The notes: a model not told the origin generated them from the letters alone. A stretch of 64,000 nt of DNA from Lophium mytilinum (GCA_010093605.1 MU004196.1:332606-396605), one strand, 5' to 3'; shown: positions 36,916-50,774, counted from the first letter of the stretch. Numbers and translations: made by a program.

Positions 36916-38066
36916 GGGAAGCTCGTATGTTTGTTTGAGATGAGAAGAGCTCTGGGCCCGAGGTTTTAGTGTTGCAGGGGGGATGCACGTAGCGTGCGGG
37001 GATTGGATGGGGTGGTTGTGCGGTGTGAGTGGTGCGACGGATGAGGCGAGCTGTGGGGACTGACAGCAACACTGTGAGGCAATAAAGCATGCAGTACTCG
37101 ATTGGCAAACTTGCGCCTCGTGACATGGGCATGCGTTCGGGAGGATGGTCCGAACTTGACAGAGAGACTACATTTGAACAGCATCGCGTATTGGACTAGA
37201 AAACGTTCTTCGTATTATCCTACGTCTGGAAGCGGAGCATTTGTACATATCCACTACAAGGGATGCGTATTGGCTTCTTGAGAGAGCTTTCAGATAACAA
37301 TGGTCACGCTTGTGAGGCGAGTGCGCCTAGGGGGAGGACTCAAAGCATTGCAAGTCGAGGTGTTTTCGCGATATTCGGACTGCCTGCAAAATTGCATTTA
37401 GAATGAAGAAGCTGTCAATGCTTATGTCTTCCATTTCGCAAATTCATCATCGCGTTCTGTGAGAGGAAGCATACTTGTGTCGATGCTCGCGGGGCTGACT
37501 CGTATTTTCGCCCTGTATCAGCGATCTCTACGCTCTGCCTTAGCGGTGTAAGCAAGGTCATGATGTTTCAGAGGCAGCAACGGACTGAAATTGAGAGACA
37601 TTTCTAACGAGAAAATAAACTCATCTAGGTGCCTCTGACTATGCTAGAATAAGGATTGATGAAGGGCTGTTGTTCATTTGGAGACCTGGAGACAGCTCTT
37701 CGGCAGTTCGGCGAAACTTACTCTCCGCTCTCAGTCTCTTGGCAAGTCCGTGAAGATCCCCTCGGACAGCCTGCCACGTGCCTGCCATCTGCTTCATCTA
37801 CATTCTTTCAGGGGACCATCACTCTATTTCCACTAACTCTAAGATGAAAATAGGTGCTGCTCACATCTTAATCACAATTTCCAGGAGGACAGAGTACTTC
37901 AATATTCTACACCGCTCCTTGGCGAAATGAGCCGTGTTTCTGTTTAATCTGTACCGTGGTACAACCCAACTTACTGTACCTTTTATAACCTGTAGTCGTC
38001 CGTTCAGCTCGAGGAACTCTCCAACACTCTTCCACCAACGACTAACGCCCCTACAACGCTCTCTAG

Positions 38067-39502
38067 ATGGACGAATCCGAGTTCGATCGCGCCGTTAGCA
38101 CTTTCATCGATGTTAACCCATGCAGATCCATAGTAAACCGGACATCGGATGAGGACGGTCGGAGTCTGATTCCTGACGACATCTCACACACTGACAGCGT
38201 GTACGATGATTTTGATCAGCCGGACACATCGCTTTGGTATGCCCCAATAACGACGTTGGCGTGCGCACTGCTGGAACTTGATCGTACACTGGACAATGTC
38301 CCCGACGAACAAATCGCCGTCATAACCTTTGCTAAAAAGTTGGAGAAGCCTATACCGAGATACCGAAACCTACGCATCACAACACCGGGCCTGGAAAGGT
38401 GGATTGCTGTCTTGGAGCGACATAAATTCTATCGCAACAGTAGTGAACAAGCTAAGGCTGCTACTCATATCGCCAATTTCTCCTCTACAGTCCCACTATT
38501 TCTACCAGCACTACAGAGGATATACAGGTCAGCTATCATGGGCAAAAACTACATAAACTCGCCCCGGGGAGATAGTAAAGAACACTTCGGGGTCGGCAAC
38601 AAAGATGGCATCAATTGCTCAGGAGTTCTCGCGGCTTTACCTGAGATAGACAGAATCTTGAAGACCCAGCATGCTCCAAGGGTACAAAAGCGACTGCAAT
38701 CTGGTGAGACTGTCTAGCACCTCATCTTATACATTTACGCTAACATTACACCTTTACAGTGAAACCTTTCCCGTTCCTATCCCTCCCCAAAGACATAAGG
38801 CTTATAATATACGAACACGTCCTTAAATCCGACCACGCCATTCCCTTACCAGACTGGATCGACGAACAGTTACGCGGGCTGAGGTTCTCTATGTCCCTCC
38901 TTACAGTGTCGCGATCTGTTCACGACGAGGCAGCGGCAGTATTCTATGGATACAATACCTTCATCGTTAAATCTCTATGCGTTAGCAGTGATCTGAAGAT
39001 TCATGAGCAGGCTTTTGGCGTGCCTATCATTCGCGAGGTCAGATTCCTGGTCAATCTAGATATGCGATACCGAAGCATGATCAAGAAAATGGAATGGATG
39101 ATAAGGGCGAGCTCCGTTAATAGTATTAATGCCCCGTGTCTGGACCTTGCATACGAAGACATGCAGCTGACGCTCTCGCAATTGACTCCTCATTTGCGCA
39201 GTCTCGTGTTCTTCTTCGAGACAAACTGGTGTCGTGGGGCGTCGGACCCGCTTTATGGATCGGCAGAACAGCTTCAAGGACAGAAAGACCGTCTCAGATG
39301 CATTCTGAAGAAGCATGCGAAGGAAACGCAGCATATCGACCGAGTTGGATGGGATTTTGGACACTGCAACGAGTTTGTGGACGATGTGGTTGCCGAAATG
39401 CGACAAGCACCGGGCGACTTCGAGGAGGTGGAAAGCGTCCACAATTGCGTAAATGATGCTGTTGTTGCCATGCTGATGACGGAGTATCCAGATTTCTTCT
39501 GA
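38067..39502 (+). CDS. Two-exon protein with an F-box-like C-terminal domain
   Basis: Intron at about 38704-38758 (GTGAGA..CTAAC..CAG). Exon 2 has PFPFLSLPKDIRLIIYEHVL..SLLTVSRSVHDEAAAVFYGYNTF. Confidence 0.7.
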
Positions 39503-40065
39503 TTCAGGGGCCGCTCGTGGGATGATAAGACCACTCTTGTCTTAGTCAAGACTTCTGTATCCGGTCACTCGGGATGCTATAATCTGTATAGAACTCGATT
39601 GGTACACTCTGCGTGGGGCACAGCAGTCGCGACGGTCTTCGGGGTGGGGGTTTGCATGGAGAATCCATAGCGATATCACCGCACAACCGGAGAAGCGTTG
39701 TATCCCATGGAGATAGAAGGCATTCATACCATAATATGACTAGATTTCCATCCGACGTTGAAATAACCCCTGGTCCTTGAGATACGGGGCACCCCCTCCA
39801 CGCGTGTGGTGTCCATCCCCAACAGAAGATTGGCCAATTTGACCTGGGCACCACACTCACATCCGCTGGATGCAACTCGTTAACGACTGACCTGCCTGTT
39901 TGGACGGCTAATAATGGATCTGCGCCTCTTCTGCCGCCCTCTGTCACCGGTCCGGCGGGCCTCACCAGGATACACGCAAGCTCGCGCTCGACGGTGCAAG
40001 ACATTACAGGCACGCCGGCAGCGACGTCCTCGTCGTTGCCGCCTCCTTTTCTCCAGCTGCCCTCC

Positions 40066-42109
40066 ATGGCCGACGACGAGGCATACAATAGCTCGGGCCA
40101 GTCGCTCGAGGCCGATGTGAGTTAGCCGTCCCGTCCATCCCGCTTCCCCGCGGCGTTCCCTGCATTTCCGGCTTTGCGGCGAGGACGTGCTAACGGCCCG
40201 ACCCTTGACAGAGCGACGACCGTGACTCGGCCCTCGGCGATGATAACAGCTCTGTGTATGTATATTCCCCTCAGCTGCCCAGCACGGCCGCTTGCATAAC
40301 TTGTGCGCTGAGAGAGAGGAGCTGACGTTGTGTAGCTTCACCATGAGTGTCACTGACTCTGTCTACAATTATCGTTACGAGAATGGGCGGCGGTACCATG
40401 CGTATGCGGATGGCAGTTAGTGGCGCCCTACGAATTGCGGGGAATATTGCTGATCAATGCAGAATATCCTGTTCCGAACGATGAGGTATACTTTCCCCAG
40501 CTTTCAAAGGTAGCAGTACTGAGCAGACTGTCATGATCAGGTAGAGAAGGATCGCCTTGGTGAGCACTGAAGCTTGAAGTATGCGGCCTGGAACTGACCA
40601 AGACTAGATCTTCAACACCATGCCTTTCGATTGACTTTGGATGGAGCTCTATACCGCGCGCCCATATCCAAAAACGTCCAAAATGTGCTGGACGTGGGAT
40701 GCGGAACTGGAATCTGGGCCATCGAGTTCGCTGAAGAGCACCCTTCTGCGAAGGTGCTGGGGACGGATTTGAGGTATGTCTACTTCATGTTGACTTCAAC
40801 TCATCGCCACTCGTCCCATCGCTGACGCTTTGCAGTCCTATACAGCCCACCGAGTAAGCCCAAGAAGAATCTCAGGACCGTTAACAAGCATATGGACTGA
40901 TATGACCAGTGTGCCTCCCAACTGCAGCTTCCTCATCGACGACGCAGACAGCGAATGGCTCTTCCGCGAACCCTTCGACTTCATCCACTCCCGCGCAATG
41001 ATTGCCGCATTCAAAGACTGGCCAAGATACATCGAGCAAGCCTACGCGTACGTCAACCTCCCCTAAACCCCCCCTTCTCAGCTCGGCCTCCACTAACACA
41101 TAAACACCCACAGCAACCTCAAACCCGGCGGGTACCTCGAAATCCAAGACTTCTACTTCCCCTGCTGCTGCTCCGACCCCTCCATAAACTCCACGAACAG
41201 CCCTCTGATGCAATGGGCCGAGCTGCTCGTGTCCGCAGGTGCCAAAATCGGCATCGACATGCTGTTACCTGGGCATCTTGGCGAGACGCTGAAGGCGGCT
41301 GGGTTTACCGAGATACACAGCAAACACTACAAGTGGCCCGTAGGCCCGTGGGCTAAGGGTGATAAGAACAAGCTACTCGGGCGGTTCGCGAAGGAGGATC
41401 TCATGGATTGGCTGCCGAGCTCTGCGTTGGGGATGTTTACGAGGGTGCATGGGTGAGTTTGCTCGTTCTTTGACTAACAACTGGGTAGCGCTGACGGGTG
41501 TAGGTGGACGAGGGAAGAAGTCGAGGTCTTCCTCGCTAGTGTAAGACGGGAACTGAAAGAGCATAAGGAACGGCATTTCTGGGCTAACATGTAAGTATTT
41601 ACCTTTCCCTTCGCCCCTTGCACCTTTTCGTGCTTGTGGAGAAATTGGAGATATTGACATCACACAGCGCCTTCTGGTACGCCCGTAAACCCCTCGACTC
41701 TTCTCCCTCTCGCGACGACGACCCCGTCCGCGACGAAGTTATGCTTGAGGAAGACGGGCCTTCCGATGCCGCCGCTGAGGCCCAAGACGAGTACAGCGAG
41801 CGCGAGTCTTTAGACTTCAAAAAGACCTCGCTCGGAGATTCGTCGTCCACGGGAGAGGGGAGTAGCGAAAGGGACGTCGAGATCGTGGTTAAGGAGGCGA
41901 ATCTCCCCGCGGTGGATCCGAGCGCGAATGAGAGCCTTGAGACGTTTGAGACGGCGCCGGAGGGGAAGACTGCGGAGTTGAAGGAAGCGACCGGCCCTGG
42001 GAAGAGTGTTTCGCCCACAGCGTCCAGCGTGCCAGCGCCGACAGAGCTAAATCCTGCTACTGGGGAAGAGCCGAAGGAGAGCGCGGCTGTGGAGGCGCAG
42101 GCGCATTGA
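40066..42109 (+). CDS. LaeA-like SAM-dependent methyltransferase (about 11 exons)
   Basis: DSALGDD..SVYNYRYENGRRYHAY..YPVPNDE..RLDLQHH..VLDVGCGTGIWAIEFAEEHPSAKVLGTDL|SPIQP..VPPNCSFLIDDA..FDFIHSR..LKPGGYLEIQD..WPVGPW..WYARKP. Confidence 0.92.
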
Positions 42110-42415
42110 GTGGATGTTTCGATACTATCTTGTGGTGTTATGATCGTGATGCGGAGTCCTGGTGGAGTGGCAGGTCGGGTCAGGCTAGTTCCACACATTC
42201 ACTGTACATCTTTCGCTGTTCCCTAGCAGTTGCCCTACTGGGGGTGTTCCAATAATGATATATTTTCCCTGTCTAAAGCTAAAAGTGCAATAGCGAGACT
42301 TGTATATCTATATCATGAATATTAAACACCGGTACCCAACTCTCAGCAATAGAAGCCATGACAGAAACGCCAGTGAGCAGGAAGCGCCCAAAGTTTATAG
42401 ATAGCAGATATCGCT

Positions 42416-44109
42416 TCAAAGTCCAACTTTCTCCCCATCAATTCCGTGATGCATGGTTTGGTTCCTGTACCTCTTGCGGCCCCTCACGAACCAATCCACC
42501 ACGATGATCAGCAGGATGATTCCGTAGCACGCCGATACGTAGTTCATATCTAATTCCAAAATTAGCGAACATCACCCTACCACAAAGCACGAAGAGAAAA
42601 CCAGCAAGGGGAGGGAGGGGGGCACTCACAATCCGCCGTCACCGGCATAACCGTCGGAAATGAATACATCACCAGCGTAAACAGCGTCCACCCCAACGTC
42701 ACCACATTACAAAGCAGCCCAAACCTCCCGAGCCAAAACGGGCCAGGTTTAATATTCGAACGCCCCCTCACCAGCAAACACGTAATCGGGATCGCGTAGG
42801 AGATGTACGGCAGCACGATGCACCCCGTCACGATACTGTTGATCGCCGCGTACGACCCTAGGTACAGCAGCCCCAAGCACGCAACGAGGAAGCTGCTGAC
42901 CATGTGCGCGTTCAGCGGCATGTCGAGCGCCGGGTGGATCTGCGCCCACAGGTGGTGGCCCGGGATGCCGCGGTCGCGGGAGAAGCTCCAGCACAGCCGC
43001 GACGCCCACGTGTGGCAGGAGATCATGCACCCGAAGCCCGTCGCGATGATGAAGGCTTCCAGCACGATCGCGCCGGCTTTGTGGCCGATGGCTTGGTAGA
43101 AGAGCTCGAGGATGGGCACGCCGGTGGTTGTGGCCGCGACGCCCGCGATGTCGGTCATGCTGAAGAGCATGCTCATGATCCAGAACCACGACGTCACGAA
43201 GCCGATGCCGATGGTGCCGAAGATGGCGATGGGGATGTTGCGTTCTGGGCGCGGCACTTCTTCCGCCATGTGGACGGCCGTGTCGAGGCAGGAGAAGCCC
43301 CAGTTGGTGTTGATGAGGCCGGTGATGAAGGCGATGCCGCCGCGGGACCAGCCCGTGTTGTTGATGAAGGTGGTGAAGACGAAGGAGGCGGTTTGGTGGG
43401 TGGGGGCTTTGGCGGGGACGACGACGAGGGTGATAAAGAAGGAAATAAGGGAGGTGTAGAGGGCGATGGTGGCGATGGTGGGGAGAGCGCGGCCGTAGCA
43501 GTTGAAGAAGAAGGCGAAGAAGTTGACGAGTTGGTAGGCCACGACGACCATCCAGGGTTCGGTGACGCTGGGGTGGAGTGTTAGGGGGTGTTTGGGGTTA
43601 GGGTAAAGGGGAACATACAGGTCTGGGTGAGAGAGCTGGTAGCAACCCACGAGCGCAAATCCGACGGTGAGGGCGACGCTGGCGCAGGCGAAGATGGAGC
43701 CCGCCCATGCGAACCAGCCTGCGGTATAGGAGGCTAGATTTGCGTACCTCTTCGGTGCCAGCTCACGTGCCCAGAATGACTGTCCGGCAGCATTGGGTAA
43801 CGCACTGACAAGCTCAGAGAGAGATCCTGCTACGCCGATGGAGATAATGAAGAGGAGGATGGTGCCGTAGATGAGGAGAACGGGTCCTCCAGAGCTGATT
43901 CCCGTGATCAAGATGCCAGCTACGGCCCACCAGGAGTTGGTAAGGGAGAAGCCGATACCAAGAACTGACCAAACGGAGAACTTCCGCGTCATATCTTGGG
44001 TATAACCCATTTCAGCCAGTTTCTTTGCGTCGCCATCGCTGTACTGGTCAAACTTCTCTGTTGAGTCCACGGTGGCTGTGTGCTCCACCTTTTCCTCGTT
44101 GACCGACAT
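42416..44109 (-). CDS. APC-family amino acid/choline permease (Hnm1/Uga4-like)
   Basis: MGYTQDMTRKFSVWSVLGIGFSLTNSW, SLSELVSALPNAAGQ, HMAEEVPRPERNIP, SRLCWSFSRDRG, GPFWLG and |MNYVSACY; many TM segments. Confidence 0.92.
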
Positions 44110-45354
44110 GATTGGAGATTGGCACGGAGTTTGCCAGTTGACTCAAGTCAGGCTCGTGATACCAGGTACGCCCAATTACGCTGGGTACGCTTGTCAGTCT
44201 GGAATAGAAGAAAGTTGTTTCGTAGATGAAGTGTGATGAAGAAAATTTGGATTTTGTAAACATGAGGTTGCTGGCTCCTGAACCCGGCCTCGCTTCCAGA
44301 AGTACATAAAGTTGGAAATGTGGATGCATTGATACCCGCGGACTCGCCTTAGCAATTGCAGCGAGTGTCCGGAAGCCATGTCAGGCGCTCGGACCATTTG
44401 TCCAGGAGCTGTGAAGGCTGATATTGAAAACAATGTTTAGAAAAGAGTGACCAAAGGAACAGATTTCGAGACGCCACGTTCTTGCAGCGTGGTAGAATGG
44501 GATTGAAAGCAGTGTAACGTGAGATTTGGCGAATGACATTGAAAGGGGCCGAAGACCATACACAAGGTCGGTGATAGAGAGTAGGCTGCTTACATGAAGT
44601 TTATCAGATCGCAAAACAGTATCACGAAGCATGCAGACGCCGAGAAATATATTTGAGCCCTTGCACGAGATGTGCCTTGCTCGTGATTGATGAAGAGAGG
44701 TGGTACAGGAGGCGGAGGAAGGTAGCTTTTGGCACTTAGGGAGTAATCACCACCTAAGTCCAGTTGACCTGTGCAGAAACGCCTATCTTCTGTGCCACAC
44801 ACACGGATCGCTCCCGCGCTGCACCTCTACAAATGTAGGCGATTGCCCAGCTCCATGAGTCGTGTACTGTAAGGATTTGCAGCCAGCCAGGTCGTTTGTG
44901 TCGCTCAAGGCACTAGACCTGAATTAGACTACAAATGCGAATGCCCTCGTACCGATAAGCTTGGCGACAACTCAACACCAAGCTTCTGTATGTCACGTCA
45001 ATCATTGGATCATTTACGAAAAGAAAATGCCCTGCAGTAAAGGCAGGGGGCCTGGAAGCATGCATCCAACAGTAGCGACCACGTATCACGCACGTATCGA
45101 GAGGTGGAGCCCCTTGATCCGAACCCTCCCCGCCTTCTCCAGGCCATGAATCCGTCGCCAGATCGCCTCAAACGGGGCATACCAACGCGTCGAGTCAGCT
45201 TTCAAGAGAAGTACCATCTTCCTTTTTACTTTCATTGATTCGAGGGTCCTTCGCGAATTATTTGAAACATGTCCCTATAAGCTTTTGCCCTTTGTCCAAC
45301 GAGTCAACCCGCTGCGTCCAGCACTATACGGGGAGATCCCGATCAGTAGTCAAT

Positions 45355-47046
45355 ATGCCGTCATTTAGCGTGTCTGTTGCGGCTGGTATTGCTATTCTTG
45401 CTGCTGCCGTATACAAACTCATCATATATCCTGCATTCCTTTCTCCTCTCTCTAAAATACCCGCTGCGAACTGGACCGTCCACTTTACCTCGTTATGGAT
45501 CAACTACATCCGATACACAAACGTGGAGAACGCCACCGTCTACGAGCTGCACAAGAAGAAAGGCCCCATCGTACGCATGGGACCTGCTGAGCTCAGCGTC
45601 AACTGCTACGAAGGAGGCCTGAAGACCATATACACGGGTGGATTCCCAAAGACTGAATTCTACATCAATCGCTTCATGAACTATGGGTACGGCATCATGC
45701 TCTGGTCTTGAATACATTTTTGACTATCATAGCGACATCAAGAACATGTTCTGCTTCATCGATAGCAAAACGCACTCAACCCGCAAACGCATGCTCTCTA
45801 ACGTCTACTCCAAGTCCGTGGTCCTGGCCTCGCCCACCGCGCGCGCCACTTCCAAAGCTATCCTCTACGATCGCCTCCTGCCCATCTTCCAAATATCCTC
45901 AGACTCCAAAAACGCAATCGAAGTCCACTCTCTCGACTACGCGTACGCTATGGACACATTCATGGCCTACCAATTCGGCCTTGACATCGGCACCAACTTC
46001 ATCCAGGACGTCGAGAAGCGCAAACGGTACCTGCACCTCTTCTTCTCGCGTCGCCCATACCTATTCTGGACAACTGAGCTGCCGAAGTTCACAGCATGGA
46101 TGCATAGGCTCGGCGTCAGGCTCGTGCCGCAATGGGTCGACGACGCGACAGTCGCTCTTGAGACGTGGAACCTAGACGTCTGCGATAAAGCCGAAGCACT
46201 GCTCTCCTCCCCTGCGGCAGGTTCAACGCCTGCGATCTCGTACCCCGCCATCTACGCCGTCGAGCGCGCCAAGTTCCAAGAGGCAGACCTCAAGCTCCCG
46301 CCTCAAATGACAGCGAAGGACCCGCGCCAAACATACCCTCGTAGGTTGGATATCGCATCGGATATGTACGACCACAACGCCGCAGCCCATGAGACATCAG
46401 GCGATACCTTGACATGGCTATACTACGAGATGTCGTTGCGGCCAGCGCTACAAAAGCAGCTTCGGGATGAACTGCTGACTCTCGCCCCTCCAATCCTCTT
46501 TCCAACGCCCTCGGCAGACTTCGAGCTCCCAGACCCAAAGAAAGTCGACGCACTACCGCTGCTGGATGCAATACTGCAAGAGACGCTCCGCCGCTGGGTC
46601 TCCGTTCCTGGCGGCCAGCCCCGCGTCACACCCGGTGTGTGCAGCCTCGCCGGCTACGACGGTATCCCCGGTGGCGTGCGCGTGCAGAGCGCAGCGTATA
46701 CACTCCACCGCAACCCAGAGGTGTTTCCAGATCCTGAGGCATGGAAGCCAGAGCGGTGGCTGGACGCCTCAGTCGACGAACTGAACGAGATGAAGCGGTG
46801 GTTTTGGGCGTTTGGGAGCGGGGGGCGGATGTGCATTGGGAACAATATTGCTATACACTGTAAGTGCGTATACGAGCTCGAGGGCGGGAAGTCGCTAACG
46901 GGAACATAGCGATGAAACACGCGATTGCAGGCATTTACACGAACTTCACGACTACGGTTGTGGATGCGGAGGGGATCGAGCAGGACGATGGGTTCACGGC
47001 GGGGCCGAAGGGGAATAAGTTGTGGCTGCAGTTCCATCATGTTTAG
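45355..47046 (+). CDS. Cytochrome P450
   Basis: N-terminal anchor plus SPLSKIP, GPIVRMGPAEL, I-helix AAHETS, ETLR, PERW and heme motif FGSGGRMCIG; two introns. Confidence 0.95.
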
Positions 47047-47124
47047 GTTGAGACTGGATCTCTTGATTCCTCTACCATGTTCAATCCGAAGTCGTGTCGT
47101 TATTCTCATTGCTGACTACGTTGA

Positions 47125-47775
47125 TTGCACTAATGTGAGAAGAAGTGACGGATCGAGCTGCTTGAAAGCTAATGCACTATACTCTGGGTGGCTAGATTCA
47201 CACCATGTACCTACATGACTTGGTGACGGAGTCACTCTTACTGAGCAAAATGTAAGAAGAAGTAACGAATCAACCCGCATGAAATCTTAGTTGGTAGACG
47301 CCGCGTTAACATGGCGCGGGGACACTATGTGCAGCAATACGAGAAGAAGTCACAATACTGACGGTGGTAAGAGACGGATTGGTAGCCTCTGTGTCTACGC
47401 AGCGTACCCCCTTTGTGGCATTAATTCAAGAAGAAGTAAACTATCGAAGCGGATAAGATCTAATTCACTACCCTCTAGATCGCCGAGTCCATATAAGGTC
47501 CTCACGTTCCATACCAACGCAGCGGACCCCCTTACTGGCACTAATTAGAGAAGAAATAATATATTAAACCGCACACAAATCCATTTGCTCGCCTCCGCGC
47601 CGCCGAGTCTCCAGCGTGTGCGCACTTCGCGTGGCCATGCAGGTTTACCCCTTCCTGGTGCTAATGTAAGAAGAATTCCCGACTTTAACCGTACAAGACT
47701 CGACTTCCTCCACTCGGGATGGTTTAGAGTACCTTTTTCGTATACACCGTGCGGCTACGCAGTGTACCCCATGCC
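47125..47775 (+). repeat. Degenerate tandem array of a ~120-bp unit (about 6 copies)
   Basis: AGAAGAA core at 47138, 47255, 47342, 47429, 47549 and 47669, within consensus CTACGCAG..CCCC..TGGCACTAATGTRAGAAGAAGT.ACGAATCGAACCG. Confidence 0.8.
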
Positions 47776-47941
47776 GGAAGAATTGTAAACGATAACTAAA
47801 GGCCCTTAGATTGGTTTTTTTTCATTCGGCGTTTGTATGACTTTCCCGTGTCAGCTCAGAGTCATCGTCACAAATAACTAACTCAAACTCACTATGACTC
47901 ATCCCTTGAGGCCGTTATACGTGTTCCAAAAAACAAAAGAA

Positions 47942-48094
47942 TGCGCTCCGAGATTCGAACCTAAGACCCTCGCCTAGAGTCCAAAAAAAATCAAAAATTA
48001 TCAATACCGACAGATACAGACAGATACCGACAAGTGTTAGCAGCGCTCTACCGATTTTTAGAGGGTTTAGTGTTGACCACTGCACCACTCCGGC
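47942..48094 (-). pseudogene. tRNA-like relic (pseudo-tRNA or SINE head)
   Basis: Minus strand has an A box (GTGGTGCAGTGG), a B box (GGTTCGAATC) and a downstream TTTTGTTTTTT. Acceptor and anticodon stems do not pair. Confidence 0.6.
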
Positions 48095-48588
48095 ATGTCT
48101 GTCACTCCGCATCCCGCATCCCGCAAAGATAATTGGGAGACCGCCAAAATATTTCAAAATATATAACCAGAAACTGCAGCCACCTTTAATCTGTCACACG
48201 GCTGGACACGTGTATATTTCCTATAGATCACCAAATGGCAACAAAGCACTTTTCATCCCTCTAAAAACTCCAAAGATACCCAATACGCCAGTCTAACTCC
48301 CAGCCTCGCACTCTCCCAACGACGTGCTACACATCTGACCCAACATTCGAACCCAAGGAAAGATGTTGAGATCATTCCTTAGCTGTCATAACATGCCATA
48401 GCAGCGTTTTGTTTTGCTTTGACGACTTTATCTTCCAGAGCAAGTAGATAGCGCTTGCCTGAGCGTTCATGTAACATCAACCCCACAAACATATCTCTTC
48501 CAGCCACTTCCCATCTAAGCCATCGCCCAACGCCATACGCAGTATGCAACTTAAATCCAACAAAAGCTGCATAGATCGTACGTGATCT

Positions 48589-50131
48589 TTACCACTCCAT
48601 GCCCCCTTTCTCGCCGTCCCCTCCGACAGCGCAGGCGGTCGGCATACCTCCGCCAGCGAGATCTTCGAGTTCTTTGCAGACTACAACGCATTAGTATATC
48701 TCTTTTTCCCCTTACTGAATCGATGAATCGAGTAGGTAGATCACATACCTTGCTCCCCCTTCATAAACTCCACGCTGCGCCCCTCTCGTCTACTCCCCGG
48801 CATAATCTCCACCCCCCTCATCCTCTCCTCCCTCAAATGCTCCCTCAGCATCGGCAAGAACTCGTTTTGCTTGCTCAACGGCCCGCTCTCCACCACCACG
48901 TAGCTAGACTCCAGTCCCCGAACCCAGGCCGCGACGCCCTGCTCCAGCTGCTCGAGCTGCGCTTGGGAAGGCGCAGGGGCGAAGGAGGACGCGGCGCTGT
49001 ACACGTCGCAGCGCACCGCCGTCCTCGCCGCGCTGAGCGGGAACGCCGTGATGCATAACCACAAGCTCGAGCCTGGAAGCATCTTGAGCGTCGTGATAGG
49101 GGAGACATTCAGCGACGTAGGCGTCTCGCTCCCGCCGGCATTGGCGCCCTTGGGAGCGCTTTTCCTAGCGCTGCCGACGAGCAGACGCAGGTACGCTCGC
49201 AAGCCAGCAGCGGCCGCCGACGATGCGCTCGGCGCCTCTTGCAGCGCGAGCGTGCTGATAGGTTGTTGGGCTGCGATTGTGGGTGTTAGCAAGCGGGCCG
49301 TGATCGGTGGAGATGCATGGCGCAGCGTGGAGATCGGAGGTCAGGAAAACCCCAGCAAACAACGCCCCAGTAACCGGGATCGCGGGACTAGGAAACGGCG
49401 ACGGTTGGGAAAGCTTGTCTTGACTTGACTTGACTGGACTGGACTGGACTGGACTCGACTCGACTTACCGGCTACCTTCCAATTGAAGTCGCCCTTCAGG
49501 TCCCACCCGGTAATCCACGAACCGCGAGCGTGGATACCATGCTCTGCGGCGAACGCGACCACGGAGGCGCAGCTGGGCGGCTCGAGGTTCAGGCCGGCGT
49601 CGAGGTTGACGTGGATGAAGCCTCCCTTGTCAGTGCACGTGTGGATAGCAAAGAGGCTGTTTTGGGTCTTGTCGAAGCCATCGATGCCGTCGAATTGGGG
49701 TGCTTTCAAGAGCTTGCCCTTGGTGTCGTAGCTCCAGCCATGGTACTTGCAGCCTAGCACCAGCGAAGAGCCAGCGGTCTTCTTAGTGACTGTGTACGCG
49801 CGATGGCGGCACACATTGTGGAAAGCACGTGCGATGTTGTCTTTGCCCAATATGATGAATATTGGGAATGTAGCGAGCTCCATCGCGACGTAGTCGCCAG
49901 GCTTGGTGAAGCGGCTGCGATGCGCAACGCAAATCCATGTCTAGAAGGTTTAGTCAGGTACAAGATGGAGAAGGAGTCCAATCACAGCGGTACCTTGCTG
50001 AAGATGGCCCGTCTCTCGAGGAGGAACAGTTTGTCGTCGTCGTCGAAGACGTCGACTTCTTTGGATACCTCCAATACGTCCAGTGAATCAATGCGCTGCC
50101 TCGCGAAGACGGGTACCTCTGGCGGACTCAT
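48589..50131 (-). CDS. Rieske oxygenase alpha-like protein with intact [2Fe-2S] ligands and a degenerate catalytic domain
   Basis: LFLLERRAIFSK|TWICVAHRSRFTKPGDY..AFHNVCRHR..GCKYHGWSYD..FNWKVA|AQQPISTLAL. No ECxHCxxxH motif. Confidence 0.85.
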
Positions 50132-50774
50132 ATTGGATGGGATCGAGATGTGAGGTCGAGGAGCTTCTAGGATAAGACTAGAAAAGCCGTGGGGGGTGCC
50201 GGCGTCGTCGTATGTGAGCTATCACATTCACGTTGGGGGGAGGGGAGAGATGGAACAGCACAATGGCTGAAGCCGAGTCCTCTGACCCCATTTCAATGGC
50301 TGCGAGGGGTGCACAAGAGTGAGGTGCAGCGTGCCCAACGGACACCGCGTATGTTCTAGACTGTAGCGAGCAGGCGCTGATTGGACGGTAAGAGCGTGCT
50401 GGAGGCCGCCAGCCTGCACCGCGACGGTAACATGTTGTCACGAACAGAAACACTGGTGTTGATGAGCGCTGGCGGTAGCAGGAACAGCAAGGTTCGCGAT
50501 CCGTGATGCACCTTCGCCGTACTTCCCAATTCGGCCATAAAGTCCCGACTGTCAGTGCCTTTATTGGCTGCTAGCTGTCGGCAGATAGACGATCGGCACG
50601 GCAATGATGCATAATACGTCCGATCTCATGGGGATAGATTGCTACGCATGTCGAGTATCGAGATATGTGCTTTGAACCGAAACATCCGAGCGGGGCGGCT
50701 GCCACGACACGGACACCCACCTGCCGATCCCAGTCTGCATGGCTTTGGAAAGGGACGGCCTGCATTTCGAACCC

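Noticed and set aside
42749..43584. Alternative-frame and antisense ORFs within the permease
   Set aside because: Shadow ORFs of a GC-rich CDS.
46378..46401. P450 I-helix reads AAHETS rather than AGxET
   Set aside because: The acid-alcohol pair is retained; within normal variation.
47125..47788. Repeat array read as a CRISPR array or a Kex2-repeat (NVRRS) peptide precursor
   Set aside because: The 'spacers' are homologous between units and there are no cas genes. Left-array spacings are multiples of 3, but the frame has stops, there is no signal peptide, and right-array spacings (112, 119) break frame.
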